Source of the DNA: Diplonema japonicum
Taxonomy: Eukaryota; Protista; Euglenozoa: Diplonemea
Assembly (NCBI GenBank): GCA_964019335.1
Contig: OZ025671.1
Location: forward strand, 496,001 to 560,000
DNA: 64,000 bases
Reading direction: 5' to 3'
Notes under the pieces: model-generated
The model's database searches: none
What the model was told of the DNA's origin: nothing
Seen by the model: the letters and a program-made list of their open reading frames with translations, nothing else
Shown: piece after piece, positions 1-10,444 of the stretch
Position numbering within the stretch: the stretch's first letter is position 1
How the letters are laid out: each line of letters starts with the position of its first letter
Translations under genes and position numbers: made by a program

Positions 1-151
1 CGTGTACTTTAATGGACTCAATTCGGCCAGTTTTAATCTTGAAACACGAGGCGTCAAGTGGTGTTTTCTTGGGGGGGGCAGGAGGGGCTCGTTTTGCGAG
101 ATTTTCACTGCACCATCTCCTGGCAGTGAGAGACACCCTTTTACACAACAT
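1..151 (-). CDS. 5' part (runs off the window) of a probable mitochondrial tRNA-binding OB-fold protein (EMAPII/Trbp111-like)
   Basis: ATG at 151 after an A-rich leader. Reads MLCKRVSLTARRWCSENLAKRAPPAPPKKTPLDASCFKIKTGRIESIKVH: an Arg-rich presequence, then a segment resembling the LDIRVGxIxxVxxH start of tRNA-binding domains. Not in the ORF track. Confidence 0.5.
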   Translation of the reverse strand, partial: MLCKRVSLTARRWCSENLAKRAPPAPPKKTPLDASCFKIKTGRIESIKVH

Positions 152-344
152 ATGTATATTTTTTTTTTTTCTGGGTAAGAGAAAAAAGAATTTTTTTTTT
201 CTTGAATAAAAAAATAAATAAAAATGGGTGGGAGGAAACAGAAAAGAGCAGAGGAAAAAAAAAAAATAAAAAATAAAAAAAATCGAGGCCGGATATCCGT
301 TAACACTATAGTCTTCTTCCCTTTTCTTTTTTTTTTTCTTTGTT

Positions 345-509
345 AAATACCGCATTTCGTACTTATTATGGAACAGGAAAAGTACCAAATCTGTCCAAAT
401 TAAATTTCGTAGACCAAATCGGTTTTTCGAAATTGAAGAAGTTCCATAATTTTTGTTGTTTCAAAATAATTTTTCGTTCCATATTAAGTAAGTACAAACT
501 CGGATATTT
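345..509. mobile_element. Possible MITE with imperfect ~30-bp terminal inverted repeats (Tc2/pogo-like end)
   Basis: Left end AAATACCGCATTTCGTACTTATTATGGAAC resembles the reverse complement of the right end, AAATATCCGAGTTTGTACTTACTTAATATGGAAC. It begins TA|CCG. Confidence 0.35.
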
Positions 510-842
510 ATTCTTCCTTTTTTTCCTTTGCAGTGTATTACTATAATCCCCTCCTCCCGTTTTTGCTATATTCTTTTTTTTTTTCTTTTCCCAAAATTCT
601 TCTTCATTTTCCCCACTTTCTTCCTCTGTTACCTACTAACCCATGTGTTTCAAAACGATATAAAAAAAAAAAAATAATGAAAAAAGAAAACACTCAAATT
701 TCGACTTTTTTAGTTTTTGCTTCGCTCTCGTTTTTTTTTTCTTTCTTTTTTTTCTTCTCACTTCGTTGGACTTTATTTTCTTTTTTTTTTTCTGTTGTTT
801 CTTCTCCTGAGATAAAAGAAGGGAAGGAATACAAGGGCAAAA

Positions 843-890
<48 letters not shown>

Positions 891-987
891 GGGCACTTTT
901 GTTTTTTTTTTTTTTTTTCTTCATCTTTTCTTCCCCCGCACAACACTAAATAAAAAAAAAAAAAATAATAATAATCAAAAAACCTGC

Positions 988-1045
988 TTAGTAAGGAACG
1001 TAGCCAGAAGACTTAGCGAAAGTGACTTGGCCACCCTTGTTCACG

Positions 1046-1102
<57 letters not shown>

Positions 1103-2011
1103 ATTTTCTCATCCCGATTCCCCGCTCATACCGCTTAGTCAAGCCGTCACCAAGATGAGTAGTCTTTGCGCCCTTGCCCCCTTTGGTGCCTTTGGAGCCC
1201 TTCCCCCCCTTGCTGGCGAAGGCGCCCTTACCCTTAGATCCTGCGACACGGCCTTTAATTTGTTTCTGGATGATTTCCGTATTTCTTTTTGCGTTCGCAC
1301 TTGCACCGGCTGTGCCAGCACCACCACCACGGCCCCTGTTACCCTTCCCGGCACCCCCCCTGCCGGTAGAGGCGGGCGGCGGTGTGGATTTAGGACTTGT
1401 CCAGCTAGACAGCATTTCGATATTCTTCATGTGCACTGTAATCATGTGAAATCTTTTTACAGTCCGTGCTGTTTGGCTCAACGACCCATACATGTCCATC
1501 TGGGAAGTGGGTTATTCTCTTTTTCCCTCTCTTGCATACCCCTGCACCCACTCCAGTGTAAAACGCCAGGAACACAGTTTTTGTGTGATCGACGTTTTCT
1601 TTTCTCAGACAATCCGCAATTTGGTCCACTCGGTTCGGAAGGGTCCTCGCTTCTTCCCTATTTTTTTTTTTTTTATTTTTTTTATTTGTTCAAAATAAAA
1701 TATTCGCACCTTGTTTCAGAAACATCGACCACCAAGTTCCATCCCTTCAAAGGCTCGTGGGTGGACCCAAAGGTGACCTTGGCACCCTGTGCAATCAATG
1801 GAGCGATGAGTTCCTTTACGTTCTTCGGTCCCTGAATGTCCATTGCAAGATAATCGACGGTACAGTACTCGGCACCCCTGCCAGAGGTGTATCTAATAGG
1901 ACCAGCCTGTGTCCCTGCTGTAAGCAGCCTGCCCAGCGCGGCAGCCGCATGACCTGAAACACCTTCACGCTGCGGAAGCGTTCGGCTGTTGGGTCCTCCT
2001 CCCTTACTCAT
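988..2011 (-). CDS. Hypothetical 281-aa protein with Gly/Lys-rich tail, 4 exons (2011-1710, 1657-1540, 1499-1132, 1045-988)
   Basis: GT-AG introns 1658-1709, 1500-1539 and 1046-1131 join three track ORFs plus a terminal exon in one frame, ending KRVNKGGQVTFAKSSGYVPY*. Confidence 0.7.
1047..1098. repeat. (TG)n microsatellite forming the 3' part of intron 1046-1131
   Basis: Perfect dinucleotide run; reads (CA)n-CAG on the coding strand. Confidence 0.95.
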
Positions 2012-2123
2012 TTTTTTTTTTCTCTCTCGCTCTTTTTTTTTTTTTTTGGAAGAGAAAAAAAAAAAAAAAAAAATGGGGGGGAAAAGCAGGACGTGACACT
2101 CTTCTTATTATTTTTCCCCCTTT

Positions 2124-2627
2124 CTAATTCTGATTCACAATGTCGATCCCCATCCAAAATTCACCCTTGTTGTTGTATTTCTGACTCATAATAGACAACT
2201 GTTGAGAATCGATACCGAACTCCTCCTTCGCAAGGTTGATAACGAAGTCCATGTACTCAGGCTCGGTGGTGTAAAGCTTCTTGGGTTTAGACCAAGGGAA
2301 CCAACACCGAGAAAACTCATCTGTAGTAAATGCTGCGGTGTACGGTGCCTCCCCGGTTTTATTTTTGTAAGGTTCAAAAAGGTACTCTCGCAGGTACTTT
2401 CCTGTTTGTTCTTTGCAGTCTTGCATCCGGACCCCATCTATCATGGTTTGCCCCATTTTTAACCTTTCATTCCCTTCTTCCCCCACAACAGCTTTCCTTT
2501 CCCATGCTTCTTCCCAGGATAGATTGTTCCACATGCTACCGTACACAAAATGATTAGTTCCTGTTTCTTCACACAGTTGGTGTGAATTGAAACCAATCCT
2601 GCCGGGGATTGAGGGTATTGCGCCCAT
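2124..2627 (-). CDS. Hypothetical 167-aa protein (MG start, possible N-myristoylation)
   Basis: Complex-sequence part of ORF 2124..2816 starting MGAIPSIPG after an A-rich leader. The upstream portion translates homopolymers. Confidence 0.7.
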   Translation of the reverse strand: MGAIPSIPGRIGFNSHQLCEETGTNHFVYGSMWNNLSWEEAWERKAVVGEEGNERLKMGQTMIDGVRMQDCKEQTGKYLREYLFEPYKNKTGEAPYTAAFTTDEFSRCWFPWSKPKKLYTTEPEYMDFVINLAKEEFGIDSQQLSIMSQKYNNKGEFWMGIDIVNQN

Positions 2628-3156
2628 CTTTCTTTTTTTTTTCCCTCCCCCCTCTGGGGTTGTAGCGGTAGAGGAAGAGAAGAGAAAAAAAAAAAGAAGA
2701 AAAAAAAAGTACGAGAAGATTGAACAAAACAAATATAAAAAAAACCCCCAAAAGACCGTCGTGCGTTCCATACACTCTTCCCTCTTCCCCCTCTCTTTTT
2801 TTTTTCTCTCCCTCAAGAAGAAAAAAAAAAGGGGGGGAAGGGGGGTTTTTTTTTTGCAGAATAGTTATTTCATCAATGCACATTGTTAACATAAGGGGCA
2901 AACAAAAAAAAAAAATCGTGTGTATTTTTCAAACAAAAAAAGAGGAGGAATTGGCCGTTGTTTGAGACAGTTTTTAAACCCCCCCCAAAAAAAAACACAA
3001 GGTTATTTTTGCCAACGTTTCCCCCTTTCTTTTGGAAAAAAAAAAAGAAGGGGGAGGTTCACACTCTTCTCTCACTATATTTTTTTTTTTTTTTCACGAG
3101 GGAAAGAAAACGCAACAACACTCTTTTTTTTTCTCTATTTTTTTACTCCCCCCTCT

Positions 3157-3183
3157 TTAGTCTTTTCCATCCGCCTGTGTGTG

Positions 3184-3256
<73 letters not shown>

Positions 3257-3692
3257 AACATACATCCAACAAAGCACCCTGCTGATTAAACAGCCGAATA
3301 ATGGTACGTTTCGAAGATTCTTGTAGTTCCCCAGCTGCAATGACCTCATCTAGGATGTAGTAGGCCTTATTGAAATTGAATATGAGGTCCAATTCACACA
3401 CGTGACCGAAGTACTTGTCAAGCGATTCAACAAAGTGCTGCAGAATTTCGAGAGAGATTAGTTCGTTATCGTCCTTGTCCACACCCGCGACAAAATATAA
3501 GGAGGCGTACTTTCTCCACACTATTTTGAAGTCCTTCCACTCCAAGAAATTGCAGGACTTGCTCAGCCTGCCTATGACCATCGAGCTGATGTCACGAACA
3601 GCTTTCGATTTTTCCTTTGTGGAGAACGGGGAGTACCATTTTGCAAGGCGAACCTTCCCTTGCCGGGAAATAAGCAGGATAAATTGAATCAT
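3157..3692 (-). CDS. AP1S: Clathrin adaptor AP-1 complex sigma subunit, 2 exons (3692-3264, 3174-3157)
   Basis: MIQFILLISRQGKVRLAKWY, YASLYF, DNEL and FGHVCELDLIFNF motifs. Intron 3175-3263 (GTATG-A tract-CACAG) removes the poly-K artefact, giving ...LLD|ADGKD*. Confidence 0.9.
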
Positions 3693-3816
3693 TTTTTTTT
3701 CCCCCCTCCTCCCCTCCTTTTTTTTTTTTAAAACCGGAAAAACCCCAGGAAAAAAAAAAAAAAAAAACCCGGAAAAAAGGGAGGATTTCCCATTTTTTTT
3801 TTTTTAAATTCTCCGT

Positions 3817-4779
3817 TCACTCATCATCGTCGCTGCTTTCAAACCCGTGGGAAAATTTTCCCTTAGCGCGTTTTTTTTTGTTTTGTTTAACCGATTCCGC
3901 CAGCTTCCCCGCCTCGGCCACAGCTTTCGCCTTTGTCTTGTCCTTGCACTCACAGCATATATCGTAATCACAATCCGAGCATCTATGCAGCTTGTGCTCT
4001 ATCGCAGCATCGCATTCGTCACAAATGTTGAAGTCGAAGCCCGTCATGGAGGAGCCCACCCTGCCGACAACCATGGGTTTCAATGGGTGGCTGTTGGGGC
4101 AGAGGGAAGGGTTGTTTCCTTTTCGCTTGCCGAGGACGGAGGATAAGGCGTCCTTGGTAGAGTTTGTGGAGGTTTCAAGGGAAGCGGCTTCATCTTCTAT
4201 GACCTCCTGCACCTTACGCTCACGGTCCTCTTGCTGGTCCCGTGCTGTGTTTGCTTTAGATTCTCTTTCGTAAGATTTCAACATTCTCTCGTGCCGTTGT
4301 TGTCTCCGCTTCTGCTCACTGATAGAAAGCACACCACCGACTTCGAGAAGTGTGGCGTCGTCAGCATTGTCTTCACCTTTCGCCCATCGTTGCAAAGCTT
4401 CTACTTGCCGTTCATGGCGTACCCGTTGTCCTAATAGATTTCTGCAAGCGTCAAACGAGACAGTTTTTTGTGTTGAATTTTTCCCCTTCGCCTTCAACAT
4501 GTTACCGAAACCACCTTTACCCGCACGCAGACGAAGCGCCACATTGAAGACATAACTGTCGCTTATATATTGCGGGATCCTTGCAACCCCATGGTGGCCT
4601 AGCTTTAGAACCGATTTCGGTACACCGAACAGCTTCTTCACCAAATGCGGCACGCAATCTGTTGAAGCTTCGAAAGGAACGTAGCCTAGGTGGAACGTTT
4701 TACCCGTTAAAAACTTCAGCGATATCAGTCTTGTGTTTCCCCCGACCGTTTTGGGTATTGTCTCATGCCTGTGTTCCAT
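3817..4779 (-). CDS. SDE2: SDE2-like protein (ubiquitin-fold N-terminus, KGGFG motif) with C-terminal ZZ-like zinc finger
   Basis: RLISLKFLTGKTFHL ubiquitin-like start; LRLRAGKGGFGNML...DACRNLLGQRVRH SDE2 signature; CDEC...HRCSDCDYDICCEC. Start is ATG 4779 or 4800. Confidence 0.8.
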   Translation of the reverse strand: MEHRHETIPKTVGGNTRLISLKFLTGKTFHLGYVPFEASTDCVPHLVKKLFGVPKSVLKLGHHGVARIPQYISDSYVFNVALRLRAGKGGFGNMLKAKGKNSTQKTVSFDACRNLLGQRVRHERQVEALQRWAKGEDNADDATLLEVGGVLSISEQKRRQQRHERMLKSYERESKANTARDQQEDRERKVQEVIEDEAASLETSTNSTKDALSSVLGKRKGNNPSLCPNSHPLKPMVVGRVGSSMTGFDFNICDECDAAIEHKLHRCSDCDYDICCECKDKTKAKAVAEAGKLAESVKQNKKKRAKGKFSHGFESSDDDE

Positions 4780-5125
4780 GGTGTTGATGCCACAGTTCAT
4801 CTTGTTTGTCGACGGTCCAGGTGATCGCAACGTAAGAGACGAGAACGGCTACTACGAGAACCCCGAAGTGTCTGTAGGTTGCTTTTTGGTGGCGAATCTG
4901 GACCTCTTCTCTCTTTGCCTCGTGGTAGTTTTTCTCTTTTTCGTGTGTTAACAGAAGCCTAACACCGGATTCTGTATTTTTTTTGTTTGTTTTTTTTTTT
5001 GTTCTCCCATACTATTTTCAAGAGTTATGCACTGGCTTTTGTAAACAGAGCCTCCTGGGTTGTCCTCGCTTTTTGGTAGAACTGTAAACTGCGATCCGTC
5101 TGAACGGTATGTTACGCTACTGTGT

Positions 5126-5157
<32 letters not shown>

Positions 5158-5345
5158 ATTGGTACATACGACTTACCCACTATCAGGTCCCTTTCAGTCC
5201 TTTCCCCCGAGCAGCACCTCAGTTGCCTCGCGACAGTGCCTTCGTGAAGGTTTGTTTCCTCCCCTCTTTTTTTTTTTTTTTTTGCCCTACTCATACCGAG
5301 TCGCAAGGTTGCTGCCTTTCCAAACAGTCCTGTTAACCGCGCTAT
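4763..5345 (-). CDS. Small probable mitochondrial single-pass membrane protein (~144 aa), at least 4 exons; start unresolved
   Basis: Introns 5240-5296, 5120-5169 and 4972-5012 (all GTATG...AG) give one frame: IARLTGLFGKAATLRLGTVARQLRCCS...HFGVLVVAVLVSYVAITWTVDKQDELWHQHHGTQA*. Confidence 0.7.
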
Positions 5346-5637
5346 TTTTTTTGATGCAAATTCACTGTGAACAAAGCTGATTTGAAAGCCGGTATATATA
5401 CATAAAAAAAAAAAAAGATACAACTAAAACACGAGCACACGCACAGATGAAATCATCATCAATATATTAAAAAAAAAAAAAGAGAGAGAGAAAGAGAATA
5501 GGGGGGGGGAAAGAAAACGTAACGTAGTTCCTTCCCCCCCCCCCCCCCCCCCTCCCCCATCGAGGATGGAAAAACGGGAGGAAAACATCATGAAAACAAA
5601 AAAAAAAAAAAAAAAAAAAAAACAAAAAAAAACTTTG

Positions 5638-8600
5638 CTACTGGCGTGTTGCCCTCTCTACAAGCCCAATAAGCGATCTCCAGGAAACACCAGTTGAGTT
5701 CGAAAGCCCAACTTCACAAGTACGGGAAGTCGAGTAACAGGGCATAGAAGAAGAAGGTGAAGGTACGAGGTTCTGCAAGGATGACAACGGGAGTTCTGGG
5801 AAGCGCAACCCGCGGTCACCGGCAGTCCCGCAGCACGGTATGTTGGTGGGGTGCACAGTGGTAGCACAACGGTTAGCGATATCCATGAATAGAGACGCAG
5901 ACCCCATTTTCTTTGAAGAGCAAGGCACGTGGACCATAGCTTCCTTCTCGACCCTTTTCCAGACGAGCTCCTTTCTGATGTGCCACAAGAACTGTACTGG
6001 GTCGTAAACCATCAGCCCGCCTTCATTGAAAGCCTTAACGCATGGCGAGGTCTCGCAGACAATGGGGATCTTCCCGTTCTGAGAGGCCGTTTGTAGGATC
6101 TTTACAGCGTCGTTTCTTTTCGCGTTGCCCACCCCGCAGCACCCCCTGCTATCGAACATCATTCCGCAGCACATTGACGATGCCTGCTTCGGGATCACCA
6201 CTTCATACCCGGCGCGCTCCATGATCTTTATCATGGTTTCCCTGCTGTCTTCATCCTGCTTTGCTGGGCCCATCATCCTCGCCACGCACGATGGGTAGTA
6301 TATCACCTTTCGCCCATCCCCTTGTGTTGCAACCTTCGGCATCTTCCTTGCCGGTCCCGGAATGTGTTCTGTGTACACCGGTCCCGTGGACCCCACCACC
6401 GTCCTCATTAGTTTACTCCCCGCCTTTAATGGTTTGTCTCCACCTATAGTGCGCAGTACTTTCACGGCCGTTAAGACAAGCCTTGTCATCGCGGCGGTAA
6501 CTCTGAAGTTGTTCGCCAGCATCGAAGCGATAAGTCTTGTGACGCCTTGGTCGCGCTTTCTTTCCGTCTGCCTGATGGTTTTGATCAACTTCCCCGTGTC
6601 GATGGATACGGGGCACTTCTCTTGGCACATCCCGTCCGCAGCGCAGGTCTGGTCCCCGTTGTACGCATACCCCTTCTCGAACTCCCACAGTCTTGAGGTG
6701 TCCTCTTTTGTCGGGTTTTTCAGAGCCTTCAGCCTTGCCATCTCCCTGTAGGTGGTGATCCTCTGACGCGGCGTCATTGTCAAGTCTTTCGACGGGCAGT
6801 TCGACTCGCAGAAGCCACACTCGATGCACCTGTCGATCAGGTCGTGCGCAGGAGGCATCACTTTCAGGGACTTCACATGCACGTGAGGGTCGTCATTCAG
6901 AAGCACTCCCGGGTTCAGCAGGTACAGCGGGTCAAAAAGGCTTTTCACGCTCTTCATAACCTCGTAGGCTTTGCTGCCCCACTCCATCTCCACATACGAG
7001 GCGATGTTGCGCCCTGTACCGTGCTCTCCTTTCAGCGAGCCTTGGTACCTCTTGGCCACAATGTCGCCCATGGAGTTCATCATGGCGGAGTACTGCTCTA
7101 GATCGGCGTCGCTGTTGAAACTCTGCGAGAACAGCAGATGGAGGTTCCCGTCCAAGGCGTGGCCGAAGATACAAGCGTCGGGGTAGTTGTGCGTCTTGAA
7201 CATCTGGATCAGGTCAAGCGTCATATCTGCCAGATGATGGATGGGACACGCTACGTCCTCGATGAGCATCACAGTCCCTTTCTTTCTCGCACCGCCCACC
7301 TTGGGGATCAGCCCCTTGCGCATGTCCCACAGCACATTGAACACGGCAGGGTCGAAGTGGAACTCGTTGGCCTTCATATCGTCGTTCAGGAATTGGATGC
7401 CCTTCTCTTCCAGCAGGGTCCAGCACGCCTCGATCTTCTCTTTCACACCTGCCTCTGTGGGAGCCCGCACTTCAACTAGTACACCGGCAGCATCTTCAGA
7501 ACAACCCATCACACCCTTTACCACCTTTGGGAATTTCGTATCTTTTTCACCTTCCCTCAAGCTCGCCCTGTCGAACAGCTCTGCAGCGTCAACGTACCCC
7601 TGCACCTTGAGGAGGGCGGTGGCGGAGCACGCTGCATGCATATTGGGGAACATTAGGAACGCAGATGCCCGGTGCGGGTGTTCAGGAACAGTGCGGTAGG
7701 ACACCTTGCTGAGGAAAGCTAAGGTGCCCTCGCTACCGACAAGGATCTTTTTGAGGATTTCGATGGGTTCGTTGGGGGAGTGGTCGACGAGGGCATTGAT
7801 GGAGTACCCGGTGGTGCACTTGATCTTGAACTTCTTGCTGATCGTGGCGACAAGTGACTCGTCGGACTGAACAGACGCAGCAAGAGAGGAGAGCCCCTCA
7901 AGGAGAGGGGCGTGAGAGGTGGTGAAGGAAGCCACACTGGCAGGGTCCGACGTGTCTAAAATAGTTCCGTCAAGGAGCACAACCCGAATGTCCTGCATGG
8001 TGTGGTAGGTGTTCTGGTCAACCCCGCAGCACATGCCGGACGAGTTGTTGTTGAAGATCCCGCCTATCATGCACGACTCTAACGATGCAGGGTCGGGCCC
8101 AAGCTTCATCTGGGGAACATTGTGTTTTATCGAGAAATCTTTTAATAGTGAGTTGACTTCGCCTCCGATGAGACCCGGCTCTAGAGTAATCGAGCGGCCG
8201 GAGTCGTGAATGGTGTGTCTCCGCCATTTCTTTCCCGCGTGTGAAATCTTGATCAAAACTGAATCGGTGATGGCCTGCCCAGACAGCGATGTCCCGGCTG
8301 CTCGGAATGTAACGGGTGTGTTGCACTCCCGAGCGTGTTGCAGCACCATTTGCACTTCGCTTTCGTCGTGAACTTTAACTACGACCTTCGGGTTGAGTCT
8401 GTAGAAGGACGCGTCTGTCCCGTAGGCGAAGAGCCTTAAAGGGTCTGTGATGACACGGTCATCTGCACCTTTCAAATCCTTGGAAACCTTTTTAATAAAT
8501 CTACTGTACCTCCCGTCGTCCACACGCTTCCCGTCTTTATTCTGCCAAGCCCCTGCAAACTTTTCCTTCCCGGCACCATACACACACGACTCCAGGGTCA

Positions 8601-8640
8601 ACTTAAACTTCGCGCTTCGCAATATCGGCGTAAGCCGCAT
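5638..8640 (-). CDS. FAD- and Fe-S-binding D-lactate dehydrogenase (Dld-II type), mitochondrial presequence
   Basis: RAAGTSLSGQA PCMH FAD motif, GEHGTG, ferredoxin motifs CIECGFCESNCP and CAADGMCQEKCP, two CCG motifs. Start MRLTPILRS; intronless. Confidence 0.88.
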   Translation of the reverse strand: MRLTPILRSAKFKLTLESCVYGAGKEKFAGAWQNKDGKRVDDGRYSRFIKKVSKDLKGADDRVITDPLRLFAYGTDASFYRLNPKVVVKVHDESEVQMVLQHARECNTPVTFRAAGTSLSGQAITDSVLIKISHAGKKWRRHTIHDSGRSITLEPGLIGGEVNSLLKDFSIKHNVPQMKLGPDPASLESCMIGGIFNNNSSGMCCGVDQNTYHTMQDIRVVLLDGTILDTSDPASVASFTTSHAPLLEGLSSLAASVQSDESLVATISKKFKIKCTTGYSINALVDHSPNEPIEILKKILVGSEGTLAFLSKVSYRTVPEHPHRASAFLMFPNMHAACSATALLKVQGYVDAAELFDRASLREGEKDTKFPKVVKGVMGCSEDAAGVLVEVRAPTEAGVKEKIEACWTLLEEKGIQFLNDDMKANEFHFDPAVFNVLWDMRKGLIPKVGGARKKGTVMLIEDVACPIHHLADMTLDLIQMFKTHNYPDACIFGHALDGNLHLLFSQSFNSDADLEQYSAMMNSMGDIVAKRYQGSLKGEHGTGRNIASYVEMEWGSKAYEVMKSVKSLFDPLYLLNPGVLLNDDPHVHVKSLKVMPPAHDLIDRCIECGFCESNCPSKDLTMTPRQRITTYREMARLKALKNPTKEDTSRLWEFEKGYAYNGDQTCAADGMCQEKCPVSIDTGKLIKTIRQTERKRDQGVTRLIASMLANNFRVTAAMTRLVLTAVKVLRTIGGDKPLKAGSKLMRTVVGSTGPVYTEHIPGPARKMPKVATQGDGRKVIYYPSCVARMMGPAKQDEDSRETMIKIMERAGYEVVIPKQASSMCCGMMFDSRGCCGVGNAKRNDAVKILQTASQNGKIPIVCETSPCVKAFNEGGLMVYDPVQFLWHIRKELVWKRVEKEAMVHVPCSSKKMGSASLFMDIANRCATTVHPTNIPCCGTAGDRGLRFPELPLSSLQNLVPSPSSSMPCYSTSRTCEVGLSNSTGVSWRSLIGLVERATRQ

Positions 8641-9010
8641 GGCTTCTTCTTTTTCTTTCTTCTTTTTCCTCTCTCCTTGAGGCAATGTTAGGTATTAGGG
8701 GCGGAGAAAAATGAATGAAATAGGAATGTTCAAACAAACACACACAAAAGGGAAGAGAAAAAAAAAGGGGGGAATAGGAAATCTAAGAATCTAAACCTTT
8801 TTTTTTTGAGTGGGTAGAATGAGGTCATTATTATTAAATTTTTCTTCTCTTTCCTCTATACCGCGTCCCCTTAATTCAGGTTTTTAAAAAAAAGGGGAGG
8901 GGGGGGGGGGGGGGGGGAACTCTACTCAAAGAAAAAAAAAAGAAAACTCGGTAGTGTCACAAAACTCTGCATGAGAGCTGCAAAAAAAAAAAGTTCTAGT
9001 TCTAATAATT

Positions 9011-10444
9011 TCATCTAAAATCATGGTATAGGGGGTTTGACTGAGGAGAAGGTTGGCGAGGGGACTGGGACTGCTTAGGGAGGTATGACTGCAATATGCG
9101 TATACGGTCCATCATCTTCCGGACATTGTTGTCGTGAGCGATGTCAGCAGGGGTGGAAGAGATGGTGGGGGTCGGGGCTGACCCCGTGTATGGTCTGGAG
9201 GGCATGCTTGACAAGCAAGAGTACCCCTGTGGATAGATGGAGATCTGCTGCAGCGGCTTCCTTTCAGCCTTTCCGTCGCACAACGCTGAACGGTAAGTCG
9301 TAGACACTGCCTGCAAGTCCACCCGCCCCCCTTCATCACTGTTGTATAGATGCGGAAAAGCTGACGACACCGACCTGGGCAGCGGGAGGCCTTCCCCCAC
9401 AGAATGCGTCCCCAGCACAGTCGACGGCAATGCTGGTGTGGAATATGCATTGTACGATGTAGGCGATGACAAGCTTGTGGTGGATGCCGGTTGGTACCCT
9501 CGAGAAGGCGAAGGGGAAAGAGGAGAAGGAGAAGCAGAAGGAGAAGGAGAAGCGTCGCTCACCATCTCACCGTGCCACGGTACCGCAGCATACGTCCGTG
9601 CCGGGTACGGAATAGCCTCGGCTTCGTGGCTGCACCGCTGCGGCGATACAGGTTCAGAAAGACCTGCTTCCGTTAAAGGGGGGATGCTGTGAGTTTGTGT
9701 TTGGCCGCTTGGGGGGAACTGTGCGTTTGTGTTCGGCCGCTCCACAACGTGTTCAGGAAGTTGGATCGGATGTCTTGGTGGAAGCGGCGACCGTGAGCTC
9801 GACACCGCAACAGGCGGCGGCGACTCCGATACCGATGGGGCACGCCGCCGCACTTTCGTGTTCGACGATGTTGAAGCCGATCGTCGAGGCGGTGGGTTCC
9901 CCCCTGACTTGCTCCGTGCTGACCTTGCAGGTGGTGTTGCACTCCTACTTCCCCCACCCCGCAGCGACCTTTCCCACGACACTGGGCCATCCTTCGGCCG
10001 CGGGACACCTTTGCTTGATGCCCGCTCCTTTAACTTCTCCCTTTCCCGTTCCCTCTCCCGTGCCCGTTCCTCTCGGACGGGGTTCCGTGCAGTCGGCTTC
10101 CCTTTGCCTTTGTTATCCCGAGCTTGCATTGCACGGATGACGCTGCGCAGCTCGTCAGGCGACGTCCGGTGCCCGCCCCTACCCCGTACGGCCGCCCGCT
10201 TGGGTTTGGGCTTCTGGCTGCGAGGTGTGTCACTCTCATGCTCCTGCCGGCGGTTTTGTGCAGGAGCTGTGTCTGCAAGGCGCCCGCCTGTTTGATCATG
10301 GTACTGTCGCAGGCGCTCGTCCAGATCGTTTTGATATCCACGAAGGTCACTTCTCCCTCCCGTTCTCTCCACGAACCCTTGCACCACCTCACGCGTCCTT
10401 CGCTGGAACTCCTCCCTGTCAGATGCCAGGTCGAACCGGTGCAT
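9011..10444 (-). CDS. Hypothetical Ser/Pro/Arg-rich disordered protein (~477 aa)
   Basis: Long ORF; first ATG follows a pyrimidine tract and CAG. Confidence 0.65.
   Translation of the reverse strand: MHRFDLASDREEFQRRTREVVQGFVERTGGRSDLRGYQNDLDERLRQYHDQTGGRLADTAPAQNRRQEHESDTPRSQKPKPKRAAVRGRGGHRTSPDELRSVIRAMQARDNKGKGKPTARNPVREERAREREREREKLKERASSKGVPRPKDGPVSWERSLRGGGSRSATPPARSARSKSGGNPPPRRSASTSSNTKVRRRAPSVSESPPPVAVSSSRSPLPPRHPIQLPEHVVERPNTNAQFPPSGQTQTHSIPPLTEAGLSEPVSPQRCSHEAEAIPYPARTYAAVPWHGEMVSDASPSPSASPSPLSPSPSRGYQPASTTSLSSPTSYNAYSTPALPSTVLGTHSVGEGLPLPRSVSSAFPHLYNSDEGGRVDLQAVSTTYRSALCDGKAERKPLQQISIYPQGYSCLSSMPSRPYTGSAPTPTISSTPADIAHDNNVRKMMDRIRILQSYLPKQSQSPRQPSPQSNPLYHDFR

Noticed and set aside
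533-949. Poly-K/poly-F ORFs here and throughout the spacers
   Set aside because: Translations of A/T homopolymer tracts.
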